Position numbers and translations under genes: made by a program. Shown piece after piece: positions 48,493 through 58,603 of a DNA stretch of 64,000 nt. The first letter of the stretch is position 1. Each line of letters begins with the position of its first letter. Source of the stretch: Candidatus Bipolaricaulota bacterium (GTDB lineage: Bacteria; Bipolaricaulota; Bipolaricaulia; UBA7950; UBA9294); assembly GCA_026390345.1 (NCBI GenBank), contig JAPLGD010000089.1, positions 28,088-92,087 on the forward strand, written 5' to 3'. The notes beneath the pieces were generated by a model. The model searched no databases and was not told the origin of the DNA. It saw only the letters and a program-made list of their open reading frames with translations.

Positions 48493-50388
48493 CTACGGCA
48501 CCACGAGCGTAGATCCGGCCGCAATCCGAAGGCCTTCGATCGACCCGACCGGAAGTTCGAGCGCGAACTGGAACGGAGCGCTCGGCGCGTAGAGATCGCC
48601 GGAATTCGCCGCCATCCGCGCGGCGCCCACGAACGTCCCGTCGGCCGCGAAGAACGCGATCTCGAGGTCAAACAGCACCGTCGACATGGTGAATCGACGC
48701 TCGGCCTCGGTGTCGAACGGGAAGAGAATCCCCGAGAACGCCTCGACGTAGGCCCCCGGGAACCCTCGGAAACCCGTCCAATGCCCGACGTCGTCGGCCG
48801 CGACGCGAACAGAGATGTCCACGCTGGAGCCGTCCGCGCGCACGATCGTCACGACGTCGGAGCCCATCGCCCCGGCAACCCCGAACCCGGCCGCGGCCGC
48901 GTCCACCGAGGCAAGCGGAGCCGTATCCTGCGCCGTCGAGGGGTAGACGGTCACCGCGGATTCGCCGATGCCGTTTCCGTCCGCGTCAATGACCGGAGTC
49001 CCCTGCCAGAAGTTGCCGACTCCGTCGATCGTCCAGACGTTCCCCGTGCCGTAGTCGAGGACGCTCGCGGCGGTCACGCCGAGGAACACGTTTCGCGCAA
49101 AGCGGTTCGCCTTGGAGTCGAGGTTCACATAGACGTGGTTCCCGTTGTCCGTGAAGACGTTGTTCACAACGTCGTTCCCGGCCGCCGTGGACCGACCGTA
49201 CGCCTCGGGGAAGAGGAGCCCGCGCGACTGCTGCGCGATCAGGTTGCCTTCGATTCGGTTCTCGCTTCCGGAGAGCGCAATCCCGTACCCTCCAGACACG
49301 ATCGTGTTCGCGACGATCTCGTTCCCGGTTGCCTGAGCGGACAGGGAGATGCCGATCTCGCAATCGGACAACCCGTTTCCGACCACGCGGTTGGCCGACG
49401 CAAGCTCCAGCGTAATCCCTTGCTTCGTGTTCTTGTGGTAGAGGATGTTGCCGGAAAGCTCGTTCTCGTCCGAACCACCCGAGACGATGATCCCATTAGC
49501 GTTCGCAAAGACGACGTTGCCGGACACGTGGTTCCCATCCGCCGCGATGAGGCGAATCCCTGTGTCGTTCGCCAAGCACTGGTTGTCGAGGACCTGGTTG
49601 TCCGACGAGGTTGTCATCTGGATGCCGGCGAGCCGGTTGTTGCGCAGCGAGTTCCCTTGCAGCGTGTTTCGATCGGACTGGAAGAGGAAAATCCCGTGCT
49701 CGGTGAGGACGGGAGTCGTTCGGTACACCGCGTTCCCGGAAACGACCGAGTCCGTCACGAACGCAAGCTGGATCCCGTCACTGTTCATGAGGTCGTTCCC
49801 CGAGATGACGACGTTCCGGCTGTCGGCTACCGTCAGGTGCGCCGGAGCCTCTCCCTCGATCGTCACGCCGTCGGCGCCGTAGACGTAGAGGATCGGGCGG
49901 TTGTTCACCGTGTTGCTTCGGTCGATGTCGTGGTGGTACTCGGCGGCCTCCTCTCCGATGACGCGCAAGCCGACCCCATTCACGTACAAGACGCAGCTCG
50001 TCACGGTGATCTCGCGAGACGAGATGATCTCGATCCCGTTCATCGAGTTCGAGATCGCGCACTGCTCGATTCGACCGCCCGAGGAGAACGCGATTCGGAT
50101 CGCCGCGCCGTCCGCCGCTACCGCGCTCTGGATGATCAAACCCCGAAGGACGAAATGGGCCGTGACGTTCTCGATCTTCACCGCGTACTTCGCGCCATCG
50201 GCGGAGATTTCCCATCCCGTGATGACGTACGGATCGGCCTCCGTACCGCTTCCGGAAACGACCCCGTTCTCCGCGGTAAACTCCGCCTCTCCGAGGATCG
50301 CAATCGCGCCTCGGGATCCCCCAAGCGCGGCCACGGACACCGCAAGGGCCGCCCCCACGATCAAGAGAAAGACAAGCAACCGCTTCAT
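48493..50388 (-). CDS. Secreted parallel beta-helix (NosD-like) repeat protein fused to a C-terminal DUF192 (COG1430) domain
   Basis: Signal peptide (MKRLLVFLLIVGAALAVSVAAL) and about 20 beta-helix rungs (SGN/NxI repeats). The last ~120 aa carry the DUF192 pattern (DISVRVAADDVGHWTGFRGF...ILFPFD...RFTMSTVLFDLEIAFFAADGTFV). Confidence 0.65.
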   Translation of the reverse strand: MKRLLVFLLIVGAALAVSVAALGGSRGAIAILGEAEFTAENGVVSGSGTEADPYVITGWEISADGAKYAVKIENVTAHFVLRGLIIQSAVAADGAAIRIAFSSGGRIEQCAISNSMNGIEIISSREITVTSCVLYVNGVGLRVIGEEAAEYHHDIDRSNTVNNRPILYVYGADGVTIEGEAPAHLTVADSRNVVISGNDLMNSDGIQLAFVTDSVVSGNAVYRTTPVLTEHGIFLFQSDRNTLQGNSLRNNRLAGIQMTTSSDNQVLDNQCLANDTGIRLIAADGNHVSGNVVFANANGIIVSGGSDENELSGNILYHKNTKQGITLELASANRVVGNGLSDCEIGISLSAQATGNEIVANTIVSGGYGIALSGSENRIEGNLIAQQSRGLLFPEAYGRSTAAGNDVVNNVFTDNGNHVYVNLDSKANRFARNVFLGVTAASVLDYGTGNVWTIDGVGNFWQGTPVIDADGNGIGESAVTVYPSTAQDTAPLASVDAAAAGFGVAGAMGSDVVTIVRADGSSVDISVRVAADDVGHWTGFRGFPGAYVEAFSGILFPFDTEAERRFTMSTVLFDLEIAFFAADGTFVGAARMAANSGDLYAPSAPFQFALELPVGSIEGLRIAAGSTLVVP

Positions 50389-50649
50389 GATCTCAAGCTC
50401 CTTTTCGTTCTCTGTCCCCACCCGGATTCCAAGGGATTCTGCTCCGCATTATAGCGATGCCCCGAGACCCCAACAATCGAGATCCGAGCGGATAACCTAG
50501 ACCGAGTCTACATCATCGCGTTGTCGGGGTCGTGAGCGGGGCGTGGCAATCTTGTGAAGGATGCTCGCGAGGGCGCGACGTGCCCGACGTCCTCTCCGGC
50601 GTGAACCGGCGCGACCCCCCTCCACTGGCCCACCGCGTAGAGTCGACCC

Positions 50650-51675
50650 ATGGGACGCCGGAAATCCATTCTCTGTCTCTTCCTTGCGGCCGCACTCGTT
50701 TCCCTCTTCTTCCTTCCGTCGGATCGTGGTGCTACGTCGCAGACGACGACGGCGGCACCGCCGCGCCTCACCGGGCACGGGCGCGTCGGCGTCTACCTGA
50801 CCGCCTACGGCCTGCTCCGCGAGGACATCCTGCGCGGCGTCCTCGAGGCGCGCAAAGCGGGGAAGATCGACACGCTCGTCATCAACGTCAAGGACAACCA
50901 TGGGGACATCTCCTACACGAGCAGTGTGCCCCTTGCGAAGGTGCTCGGCGCGTCGACCGGGCTGCTCGACTTCAAGAAGCTGATCCCGATCCTTCGCGGA
51001 CAGGGGTTCTACCTCATCGCGCGCCAGGTCGTGTTCAACGACCCCATCCTCGCCAAGCACCTCGGCTACTCCAACGGCTGGGTTCCCGCCGCGGACCCCA
51101 CCGCGATCGCCTACAACCTCTCCATCGCCCAGGAGGTCGCGACCCTCGGGTTCGACGAGCTGCAGTTCGACTACATCCGCTTCGCCGACGGGGGTGGGCT
51201 GGCGTCGGGGTATGAGGCCCGCTACGCGGCCATCGACTCGTTCTTGACCAAGGTGGAGGAGAGCATCGGCGGCAAGATCGCACTCTCCGTCGACCTCTTC
51301 GGCCGGGTGATGTGGGACTGGAACGTCCGCCGAACCGATCCGATCGGCCAATCCCTCGAGGACATGTCGGCGCACGTCGACTACGTGTCCCCGATGCTCT
51401 ACCCGTCGCACTACACCGAGCAGAAGTACAAGGACGGCCCGTACCTCGTGGTCAAGGACGCCATGGTCTCGGGGAAGAAGCGCACCTCGACGGCCGTCCG
51501 TCCGTTCCTTCAGGTGTTCGACATGGCCATCCCGGCCGGCATGACGCTCGATGCCTACATCGCCGCCGAGATCCGCGCCGCCAAAGACTACGGCGCTGAC
51601 GGGTACCTCTTCTGGGAGCCGTCCAACGACTACCGCGCCCTGTACCGCGTTCTCGGCGTCCCGTACACCTACTGA
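50650..51675 (+). CDS. Secreted TIM-barrel putative glycoside hydrolase (DUF4015 / GHL-like family)
   Basis: Signal peptide. The pattern (KIDTLVINVKDNHGDISY...GFYLIARQVVFND...GFDELQFDYIRF...YVSPMLYPSHY) resembles the uncharacterised predicted-glycosidase TIM-barrel family. Family assignment is tentative. Confidence 0.5.
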   Translation: MGRRKSILCLFLAAALVSLFFLPSDRGATSQTTTAAPPRLTGHGRVGVYLTAYGLLREDILRGVLEARKAGKIDTLVINVKDNHGDISYTSSVPLAKVLGASTGLLDFKKLIPILRGQGFYLIARQVVFNDPILAKHLGYSNGWVPAADPTAIAYNLSIAQEVATLGFDELQFDYIRFADGGGLASGYEARYAAIDSFLTKVEESIGGKIALSVDLFGRVMWDWNVRRTDPIGQSLEDMSAHVDYVSPMLYPSHYTEQKYKDGPYLVVKDAMVSGKKRTSTAVRPFLQVFDMAIPAGMTLDAYIAAEIRAAKDYGADGYLFWEPSNDYRALYRVLGVPYTY

Positions 51676-51942
51676 GAACGAAGCCCCACCGCAGAGCGCG
51701 CAGAGAACGCCGAGGCGCAGAAGCCCACACCGTCCGCAGCATCTTCCATTCCAAGCTACCTCGTTTCGCCGGGCTTGAGGGGGCGGTCCTCAACTCTACC
51801 TTGCTGCTCTGCTCGTCTCTGAGTCCTCCGCGCTCTTGCGCGCCTCTGCGCCCTCTGCGGTCGACGGCTTCCCGCCGTCGTCGCGAGGCTGGCTCCGCCG
51901 AGCGGGATTCGGTAGAGTCTTCCGGCGTTGAGACCGATACCC

Positions 51943-53157
51943 ATGTTCCGGGAACTGCATCGCTCTTCTCACTCCTTCGCGCGAACGGGCGAGCTCACGA
52001 CGCCCCACGGCGTCGTCTACACCCCGGCGTTCGTCGGCGTCGCCACAAGGGCCTCGATCAAAGCGGTGGAGCCTGAGATCCTGACCGGGCTTGGGATCGA
52101 GATGGTCATCTCGAACGCCTACCACCTGCACCTACGCCCCGGCGAGGACGTCGTCGCCCAACTCGGAGGACTCCACGCGTTTTCCGGCTGGCGCGGCCCG
52201 ACGATGACCGACTCGGGAGGATTCCAGGTGTTCAGTCTCGGCGCCGGAAAGGAGCACGGAGTCGGGAAGGTCGCCTCCGTATTCCCGGGCAGCGCCCCCG
52301 AGGTCCCGCGCAGGAGCGGCGGCCGCGGGCTCGTACGACTCAGCGAGGAGGGCGCCGCATTCCGGTCGATTCTTGACGGCTCCTCCCACCTCTTCACCCC
52401 CGAGTCCGTGATGACCATCGAGCGGAAGCTCGGGGCGGACATCATCCTCCCGCTCGACGAGTGCACCTCGCCGCTCCACGACTACGCCTACACCCGCGAC
52501 GCGATGGAACGGACGCACCGGTGGGCGCGGCGCGCCACCGCGGCGTTTCGCCTGCTCGCCGACGACCCAACCTTCCCAAACCCTAGCCAGGCGCTGTTCG
52601 GCATCGTCCAGGGAGGCGCCTACGAGGATCTCCGTCGCGAGAGCGCGCGTGTCATCGGAGAGATGGGGTTTGACGGGTTCGCCGTCGGGGGATCCCTCGG
52701 CCGGTCGAAAGACGACATGGCCCACGTCCTCGACTGGACTGTCCCGCAGCTTCCGACGAACCGGCCACGCCACCTCCTCGGCATCGGCGAGATCGAGGAT
52801 ATCTTCGCATGCGTGGAGCGCGGCATCGATACGTTCGACTGCGCCGCGCCGACGCGGATGGCCCGCAACGGCACCGTGTTCCTCAAAGGAGCGCCGCGCC
52901 ACCGCATCAACCTGCGCAACGCCACGTTCCGCACCGACGACCGGCCGATCGACCCGACGTGCGACTGCCCCACTTGTCGGAGTCACTCCCGCGGGTACTT
53001 GCAGCACCTGTGTCGGTCGGGAGAACTCTCGTACTACCGCCTCGCGACGATCCACAATCTGCGGTTCCTCGTGAAACTCCTCGACGACGTCCGCGCCGCG
53101 GTCGCCTCGGAACGTCTGCCCAACCTTGCCCGAGAGTGGGACGTCACCCCCGCGTAG
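51943..53157 (+). CDS. tgt: Queuine tRNA-ribosyltransferase (tRNA-guanine transglycosylase)
   Basis: TPAFVGVATRASIKA, DSGGFQVFSLG, LGIGEIED and the zinc site CDCPTCRSHSRGYLQHL. Confidence 0.9.
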   Translation: MFRELHRSSHSFARTGELTTPHGVVYTPAFVGVATRASIKAVEPEILTGLGIEMVISNAYHLHLRPGEDVVAQLGGLHAFSGWRGPTMTDSGGFQVFSLGAGKEHGVGKVASVFPGSAPEVPRRSGGRGLVRLSEEGAAFRSILDGSSHLFTPESVMTIERKLGADIILPLDECTSPLHDYAYTRDAMERTHRWARRATAAFRLLADDPTFPNPSQALFGIVQGGAYEDLRRESARVIGEMGFDGFAVGGSLGRSKDDMAHVLDWTVPQLPTNRPRHLLGIGEIEDIFACVERGIDTFDCAAPTRMARNGTVFLKGAPRHRINLRNATFRTDDRPIDPTCDCPTCRSHSRGYLQHLCRSGELSYYRLATIHNLRFLVKLLDDVRAAVASERLPNLAREWDVTPA

Positions 53158-53189
53158 TTGGCCCGCTGTGTCTCGAGAACGAAAGAGGG

Positions 53190-53320
53190 GAGCGCTTGCG
53201 TTCCCAGCAGGAAACCAGACGCCTGCATCTCCAGCAGATAGCCGGTCGATTGCATTCCCAGCAGGAAGCCCAACGCCTGCGTTCCCGCGGAGGGCCGAAC
53301 GTCTGCGTTCCCCAGAAATG
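53190..53320. repeat. About five imperfect tandem copies of a ~27-nt unit (consensus roughly RCGCCTGCGTTCCCAGCAGGAARCC) in the convergent intergenic region between tgt and the beta-barrel gene
   Basis: Direct repeats seen in sequence, followed by the hairpin GAGGGGCAC-GGC-GTGCCCCTC at about 53324-53344. Confidence 0.7.
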
Positions 53321-53380
53321 AACGAGGGGCACGGCGTGCCCCTCTCGAATCTGCTCCGATAACCCTTCGCGCTCTCTACG

Positions 53381-54355
53381 TCACGGGAGGAATCTCCGCA
53401 GCGACCGTCCGAACGCGCCGATGTCGAGCGCCGAGAAGTCAAGCGTCAGCGACACGCGGTGTGACCCTCCGAGCGTGTTCCCCACGTACGCGTAGTCGAC
53501 GAGGAATCCCTCTACGTTCACCCCCAGGCCGGTCGTGAACGACGTCCCCGACCCGCTCATCACGCCGAGGCGGAGCGCCAGCGTCGGCACTGGCGAGTAC
53601 GAAACGCCGGCCCGGAACGCGCCTCCCAAGTACAGGTCGGTGGCCACGGTGACCTGGCCCATGAGGCGTGCCGAGGCGCCGATCCGCAGGTCCATCGCAA
53701 GGTCGTCCGAGATATCGTCGTACGACATTGCGCCGAACAGGTTGACGGCCGTGACGCCGATCGCGACGTCCGACAGCGAGACCGGGCCGAATCCGGCCAC
53801 CGGAAGCCCCATTCTGAACCCAAGGTCGAGGGTGAACCCCGAACCGCTGACGTCGCCGATCTTCGCGGTGATCGCTTTCAGCTGTACGCCGAACGCCATC
53901 GCCATCGGCAGATCGGGAATGAACGGCAGGTCGTTGGGGTCGATTCCGAACGCGAAGAGGTACGCCGAGCTCGAGTACCCGAGGAGCCCCGTCGGCTGCC
54001 CCTCGTCGTCGTACCCCTGAATGCTCCCGGAGTTCAGCAGTAGGGCGCCAATTCCGAAGTTCCGGAACGTAAGCGCAAGCGCCGAGTAGTTCGCCTCGCC
54101 CAGGTACGAAGAGAAGAACGAAGTGAAGCTGATCCCCGGCAGCGAGGCCAGACCCGCCGGGTTGTAGTAAAGCGTCTCCGCGCTGCTGACGAGCGAGATC
54201 CCGGCTCCGCCCGCACCAACTACACCCACTCCAGGAGCGATGTCAAGCACAGTTGTGGCCGTCTGTGCCATCGCCCCAAGACCCAGCCCCAGGCTGAGGA
54301 GGGCCACCCACGACATCCACTTCTCGAATCTTCTCACGGCTGTCCCCTCCCTCAT
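53381..54355 (-). CDS. Outer-membrane beta-barrel protein, PorP/SprF- or PorV/PorQ-like (T9SS-associated); family assignment uncertain
   Basis: Signal peptide, a YYNPAGLA motif near the N-terminus, and alternating amphipathic beta-strand pattern throughout. Its start overlaps (ATGA) the stop of the upstream T9SS cargo gene, as in sprB-sprF-type pairs. Confidence 0.5.
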   Translation of the reverse strand: MREGTAVRRFEKWMSWVALLSLGLGLGAMAQTATTVLDIAPGVGVVGAGGAGISLVSSAETLYYNPAGLASLPGISFTSFFSSYLGEANYSALALTFRNFGIGALLLNSGSIQGYDDEGQPTGLLGYSSSAYLFAFGIDPNDLPFIPDLPMAMAFGVQLKAITAKIGDVSGSGFTLDLGFRMGLPVAGFGPVSLSDVAIGVTAVNLFGAMSYDDISDDLAMDLRIGASARLMGQVTVATDLYLGGAFRAGVSYSPVPTLALRLGVMSGSGTSFTTGLGVNVEGFLVDYAYVGNTLGGSHRVSLTLDFSALDIGAFGRSLRRFLP

Positions 54356-57300
54356 CGTCGCGCCACCAGTAGTCTGAATGTCTCTGATCGACGCGTCTGC
54401 CCGTCGACCGTCGCTGTAACGAGCACGAAGTACATCCCATTCGCGACATCCTCACCATCGTCCGATGTGAGGTCCCACTCGTACGTTCCGTCGTGTGCCG
54501 ACATGTCCACTTCGACAATGAGCTTCCCGGCCAGGTTGTAGATCCGAAGCACGACGTCCTCCGCACCATCGGGCAGCTGGCAGACAATCTGTGCCTGTGA
54601 CGCTGCCGGGTTGGGATAGGCATACAGCGTGAGCACGTCACCACCGACCGGAACGTACCTTGTGATCGTGCCCGTGTCTCCGCCTGCAGTCCCCACGATC
54701 AGCGTGACTTCGTATCCTGCCCCCGTACTGGAGTCTTCATACGTGTGCGTGGGGTTCTGTGCCGTGCTCGTACCTCCGTCACCGAACGTCCAGCTCCACG
54801 TCGCGATGCTCCCAATCGGGGTGGAGGTGTCGGTGAACGTGACCACCTCGTTCTTGTCCGGGCCGGTCGGCGTGTACGTGAACGACGCCACAACCACCAC
54901 TGGGTTCTTCGTGACGGAGAGTGGGTGCGACACGTCGTCCGTATTTCCTTTGTTGTCCGTAACCGTGAGGGTGACCGTGTATGTCCGCGAGCTACACGCC
55001 TCATCAGCGCAGGTGTACGTGTGTGAAGGAGTCTGAATCGCGCTCGTCGTACTATCGCCGAAGTCCCAGAGCCAGGTGACGATCTCTCCATCGGAGTCTA
55101 CGGACTCATCGGTGAAGACGAGCGCAGCTCCGTAATGGGGGGCGCTTGGCACCTGGAACGCGGCAATCGGGGGCGAGTTGACTGCGACAGTTAGGATCTT
55201 CGTCGTGTAGTCCGTGACACCGTCGTCATCCGTCACAATCAGCGTAACGGGCAGGCTGCCTCCTCGGGAGAAGACGTGGTTTACGGACTGCCCTGTTGCG
55301 TCCGTCTCGCCGTCATCATCGAAGTCCCATTCGTAGAACTCCACCTCTCCGTCGCGGTCCGTCGAGCTGCTGCCGTCGAATGTGACGATCTCGTCCACCT
55401 CCGGCTGGCTCGGCGTATACGTGAAGTTCGCTTGGGGCCGCACGAACTCCACGGAGACGACGCGCGTCTTGTACCCGTACGCCGCCTCGTTGTCCGTGAC
55501 TCGGAGCGTGACGATCTTCGCTCCCCCCGCATGGTAGATGAACGAGGCGGTGCTCCCAGTGGCATCGTAGATCCCGTCGCGGTCGAAATCCCACTCGTAG
55601 GCAACGATGGATCCATCAGCGTCGCTTGACCCGTCCGCCTTGAAGGTGAGCACTTCGTTCAGGTTTGCCTCATCACCTTCCGCAGGCGTGATTGTGAAAT
55701 CGGCAACCGGAGCCTGGTTGTCCCCGCTTGTCCCACCCGCGCTGACGGGGATCCCTTTGGTCTCCGCGCCGACCTGCTGGTCGTTGTCGGTCACCGTCAG
55801 CATCACCGGGTACACACCCACGGAGGCGAAGGAGTGCGTGACGGACATGCCCGTCGCGTCGGTCGCGCCATCTCCGTTGAAGTCCCACTCGTACAGAATG
55901 ATCGTTCCGTCAGCATCGGCGGACGTGCTCGCACTGAACGAGATCACTTGACCCGTCACCGGTGCCGTCGGGGTATACGTGAATGCTGCGGTCGGCGGAG
56001 TTCCCTGCACGGGGACGACCCTGGTGACACTGTCCTCCGAGGCCGCGTTGTCGGTAACGGTCAGCATCACCGTCTTCGCGCCGACGGACGAAAACGCGCG
56101 CGTCACCGTCGTTCCAGTGGCATCCGTGATACCATCCTCGTCGAAGTCCCACTCGTAGAGCACGACGCTGCCGTCCGTGTCGCCAGATCCGGCGGCAGAG
56201 AACGTGACCATCTGGCTTACTTTGGGATTCGCCGGGCTGAACGTGAAGCTGGCATGAGGAGGCGCGTTGAGGACGGTGACCGACCGCGCCGCTGACGAGG
56301 TGGCTCCTCCACGCGTCGTCACTGTGAGCTGAACTCGGTACGTACCGGCACTCGCGAACGTGTGCACGGGGTTCTGAGAGCTGCTACCTCCCGAATCGCC
56401 GAAGTTCCAGCTCCACGAGGTGATATCGCTTGAGCCACCCGTGGACTGGTCGAAGAACTGCACGGAGTCCTGCGTCGACGGGTTCGCCGGGGAATACGTG
56501 AATGAGGCAGATGGTCCGACAACCGCGACCACGGTCGTCGCTGTGTCGGTCTTCTCGCAGTTGTCTTCGACTGTCAGCGTGACTGTGTAGCTTCCGCCGT
56601 TGGTGTACTGGTGAGTAGGATGGCGCTGGGTGCTGGTTCCGCCATCGCCGAACGTCCAACTCCACGTAAGGATGGTGCCCCCGTCCGGGTCAGTCGACGT
56701 ATCCTGGAACTGGATCGAGTTGTTGACCGTCGGGCTCGTCGGCGAGTACGTGAATGACGCGGATGGCTCCACGCACTGCACCGACACGAACTTGGTGATC
56801 TGATCGGTTTCTCCGCCGCTGTCCGTCACGGTCAACGTAACCGGGTGCTGTCCGGAAGTCGTGAAAGTGAACCGAGGCGTGCTTCCCGTAGCCGTCCCCC
56901 CGGTCCCCGGTGCGTTGTCGAAGGTCCATGCGTACTGCACGATCGTCCCGTCTGAATCCGTCGAACAGGCGCCGTCGAACTGCACGATATCCCCAGCGTT
57001 TGGGTAGGTTGGCGAGTAGGTGAAGCAGGCCACCGGAGGGTTGTTCGTCACGGCGACATTCTGTGTCACATACTGGTAGCCGCCACGATCGTCCTTGGCT
57101 CGCAGCGTTACAGGCTTGGTGCCGGCAGAGGAGAACGAGTGCGTGACGACGCGCCCGTTCGCGTCGTACGTGCCATCCTGGTTGAAGTCCCACTCGTACA
57201 GCACGAACCAGGAGGCGTCGCCTTCGGTGACGGTGGCCGTGAACGTCACCTGGACGCCAATTGCGGGGGAAGCCGGAACGAACGTGAAACTGACGGTCGC

Positions 57301-57378
57301 CTGGGACCACGCCAGATGGCCTACCCCCCACGCGAGGCCCATCGTCAAGAGCGCGGTAATCAAGCTTCTTCTCACCAT
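54352..57378 (-). CDS. Secreted protein with about 10 tandem PKD domains and a type IX secretion C-terminal sorting domain
   Basis: Signal peptide. Repeated ~90-aa units with YEWDF[ND]xDG / WxWxFGDG motifs. C-terminal LTLYAYPNPAASQAQIV...VLRIYNLAGKLIVEV...GMYFVLVTAT resembles the T9SS CTD (Por_Secre_tail). Confidence 0.8.
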   Translation of the reverse strand: MVRRSLITALLTMGLAWGVGHLAWSQATVSFTFVPASPAIGVQVTFTATVTEGDASWFVLYEWDFNQDGTYDANGRVVTHSFSSAGTKPVTLRAKDDRGGYQYVTQNVAVTNNPPVACFTYSPTYPNAGDIVQFDGACSTDSDGTIVQYAWTFDNAPGTGGTATGSTPRFTFTTSGQHPVTLTVTDSGGETDQITKFVSVQCVEPSASFTYSPTSPTVNNSIQFQDTSTDPDGGTILTWSWTFGDGGTSTQRHPTHQYTNGGSYTVTLTVEDNCEKTDTATTVVAVVGPSASFTYSPANPSTQDSVQFFDQSTGGSSDITSWSWNFGDSGGSSSQNPVHTFASAGTYRVQLTVTTRGGATSSAARSVTVLNAPPHASFTFSPANPKVSQMVTFSAAGSGDTDGSVVLYEWDFDEDGITDATGTTVTRAFSSVGAKTVMLTVTDNAASEDSVTRVVPVQGTPPTAAFTYTPTAPVTGQVISFSASTSADADGTIILYEWDFNGDGATDATGMSVTHSFASVGVYPVMLTVTDNDQQVGAETKGIPVSAGGTSGDNQAPVADFTITPAEGDEANLNEVLTFKADGSSDADGSIVAYEWDFDRDGIYDATGSTASFIYHAGGAKIVTLRVTDNEAAYGYKTRVVSVEFVRPQANFTYTPSQPEVDEIVTFDGSSSTDRDGEVEFYEWDFDDDGETDATGQSVNHVFSRGGSLPVTLIVTDDDGVTDYTTKILTVAVNSPPIAAFQVPSAPHYGAALVFTDESVDSDGEIVTWLWDFGDSTTSAIQTPSHTYTCADEACSSRTYTVTLTVTDNKGNTDDVSHPLSVTKNPVVVVASFTYTPTGPDKNEVVTFTDTSTPIGSIATWSWTFGDGGTSTAQNPTHTYEDSSTGAGYEVTLIVGTAGGDTGTITRYVPVGGDVLTLYAYPNPAASQAQIVCQLPDGAEDVVLRIYNLAGKLIVEVDMSAHDGTYEWDLTSDDGEDVANGMYFVLVTATVDGQTRRSETFRLLVARR

Positions 57379-57634
57379 TGCGTTGCCTCCTCCGCATCAC
57401 GCTGGATCGGTAGAGTATCTCTCGATGCGATCATAGCAGGAGCGACAGTCGCGCCGTTGATGTGAGTCACTGCGCCCGGGCGAATCGGTCCTTCGCGGAA
57501 GGGAAGTCCGTCCCCTCTGAAGGCGTCACGCACCTTACCTGAAAGGCATTGGCGGACCTCGTTCGGGCCCGCCAACCCTGGCCGCACCTGACAAGCGCTG
57601 CGCACCAGCCCACAGGCGCGCAGGCCGCCGCTCG

Positions 57635-58603
57635 CTAGAAAGAGAACTGCATCGACACGAAGTGGGTCGCCCCGAGCTCGCTGTTGGGAACATACGCGTA
57701 GTCGAGCCACAGCTGTCCAAACAACTCGAGGCCGACTCCGCCGGAGATTGTGCCATTCCCTGTGAAGTCGGAACTCCACCCTGCGCGCACGAAGATCCAC
57801 CGAACCGGGGTCACCTCGACTCCAACGTGAACCTTCTGCTCACTTGCAGGTCGGCCGACCGCCCAGTCGACATCGCAGGCCGCCAGCACAAGGTCCTCCC
57901 CGAAGATCGCAGACGCACCGATCTTATTGACCCACGGAACGTAGTTCACCGGCTCACCCGCGGTCCCGTACCACTGGATCCTGGTCTGACCGACGTCCAT
58001 CAGATTCGCGCCCACCGCCACGGGGATCTCCGCCACAGCGAACGTTCCAAGGAACCCCAGATCAAAGCCGAGCCCCCCGCTCCGCCCTTCGAGAATCGAG
58101 TCGTGGTAGTACTTCACCGTACAGCCCACCGACAGGTAGTCGCGCAACGTCACGCCGGCCGAGGCACAGAAGATCGAGCTGGTCGCGCTGAACGTCTCGT
58201 AGCTCCCGGGATTCTCCTCGTCCCAGACAATGATGTCGTCAACAACGGCGCCGATCCAGCCGATCGACAGGCCGAGCGCGCGTACGGATTCCGTCTGCAA
58301 TCGCAGATCGATTCTCGCGCTGAGCGAGACGTCCTGAAAGGTGATTCCAAAGTCGGCCCCGTACGGCTGCGAGTACATCGCCGACGCACTGAGGTCTGGA
58401 GCCCTCACCAGAGACGCCGGGTTGTAGTATGCGATCGGCTTGCCGAGCGTCACAGCCACAAAGGCTCCCCCCATCGCGAGCGGGCGCGCGTCGATCCCAA
58501 TCCGGGAGAACGCCGAAGCCCCTACGCCAGGGGGAACCCCGCTCGCCATCGCGAGCATGCATCCAGCCACCAGGAACACTGCCACCGGGACCAGCGTCTT
58601 CAT
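57635..58603 (-). CDS. Outer-membrane beta-barrel protein, second PorP/SprF- or PorV-like paralog
   Basis: Signal peptide (MKTLVPVAVFLVAGCMLAMA), an AYYNPASL motif, a beta-strand pattern and a C-terminal aromatic residue (SMQFSF). Confidence 0.5.
   Translation of the reverse strand: MKTLVPVAVFLVAGCMLAMASGVPPGVGASAFSRIGIDARPLAMGGAFVAVTLGKPIAYYNPASLVRAPDLSASAMYSQPYGADFGITFQDVSLSARIDLRLQTESVRALGLSIGWIGAVVDDIIVWDEENPGSYETFSATSSIFCASAGVTLRDYLSVGCTVKYYHDSILEGRSGGLGFDLGFLGTFAVAEIPVAVGANLMDVGQTRIQWYGTAGEPVNYVPWVNKIGASAIFGEDLVLAACDVDWAVGRPASEQKVHVGVEVTPVRWIFVRAGWSSDFTGNGTISGGVGLELFGQLWLDYAYVPNSELGATHFVSMQFSF

Noticed and set aside
53190-53320. CRISPR array
   Set aside because: The repeats are directly abutting with no unique spacers, are imperfect and number only about five. 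No cas genes are present in the window.
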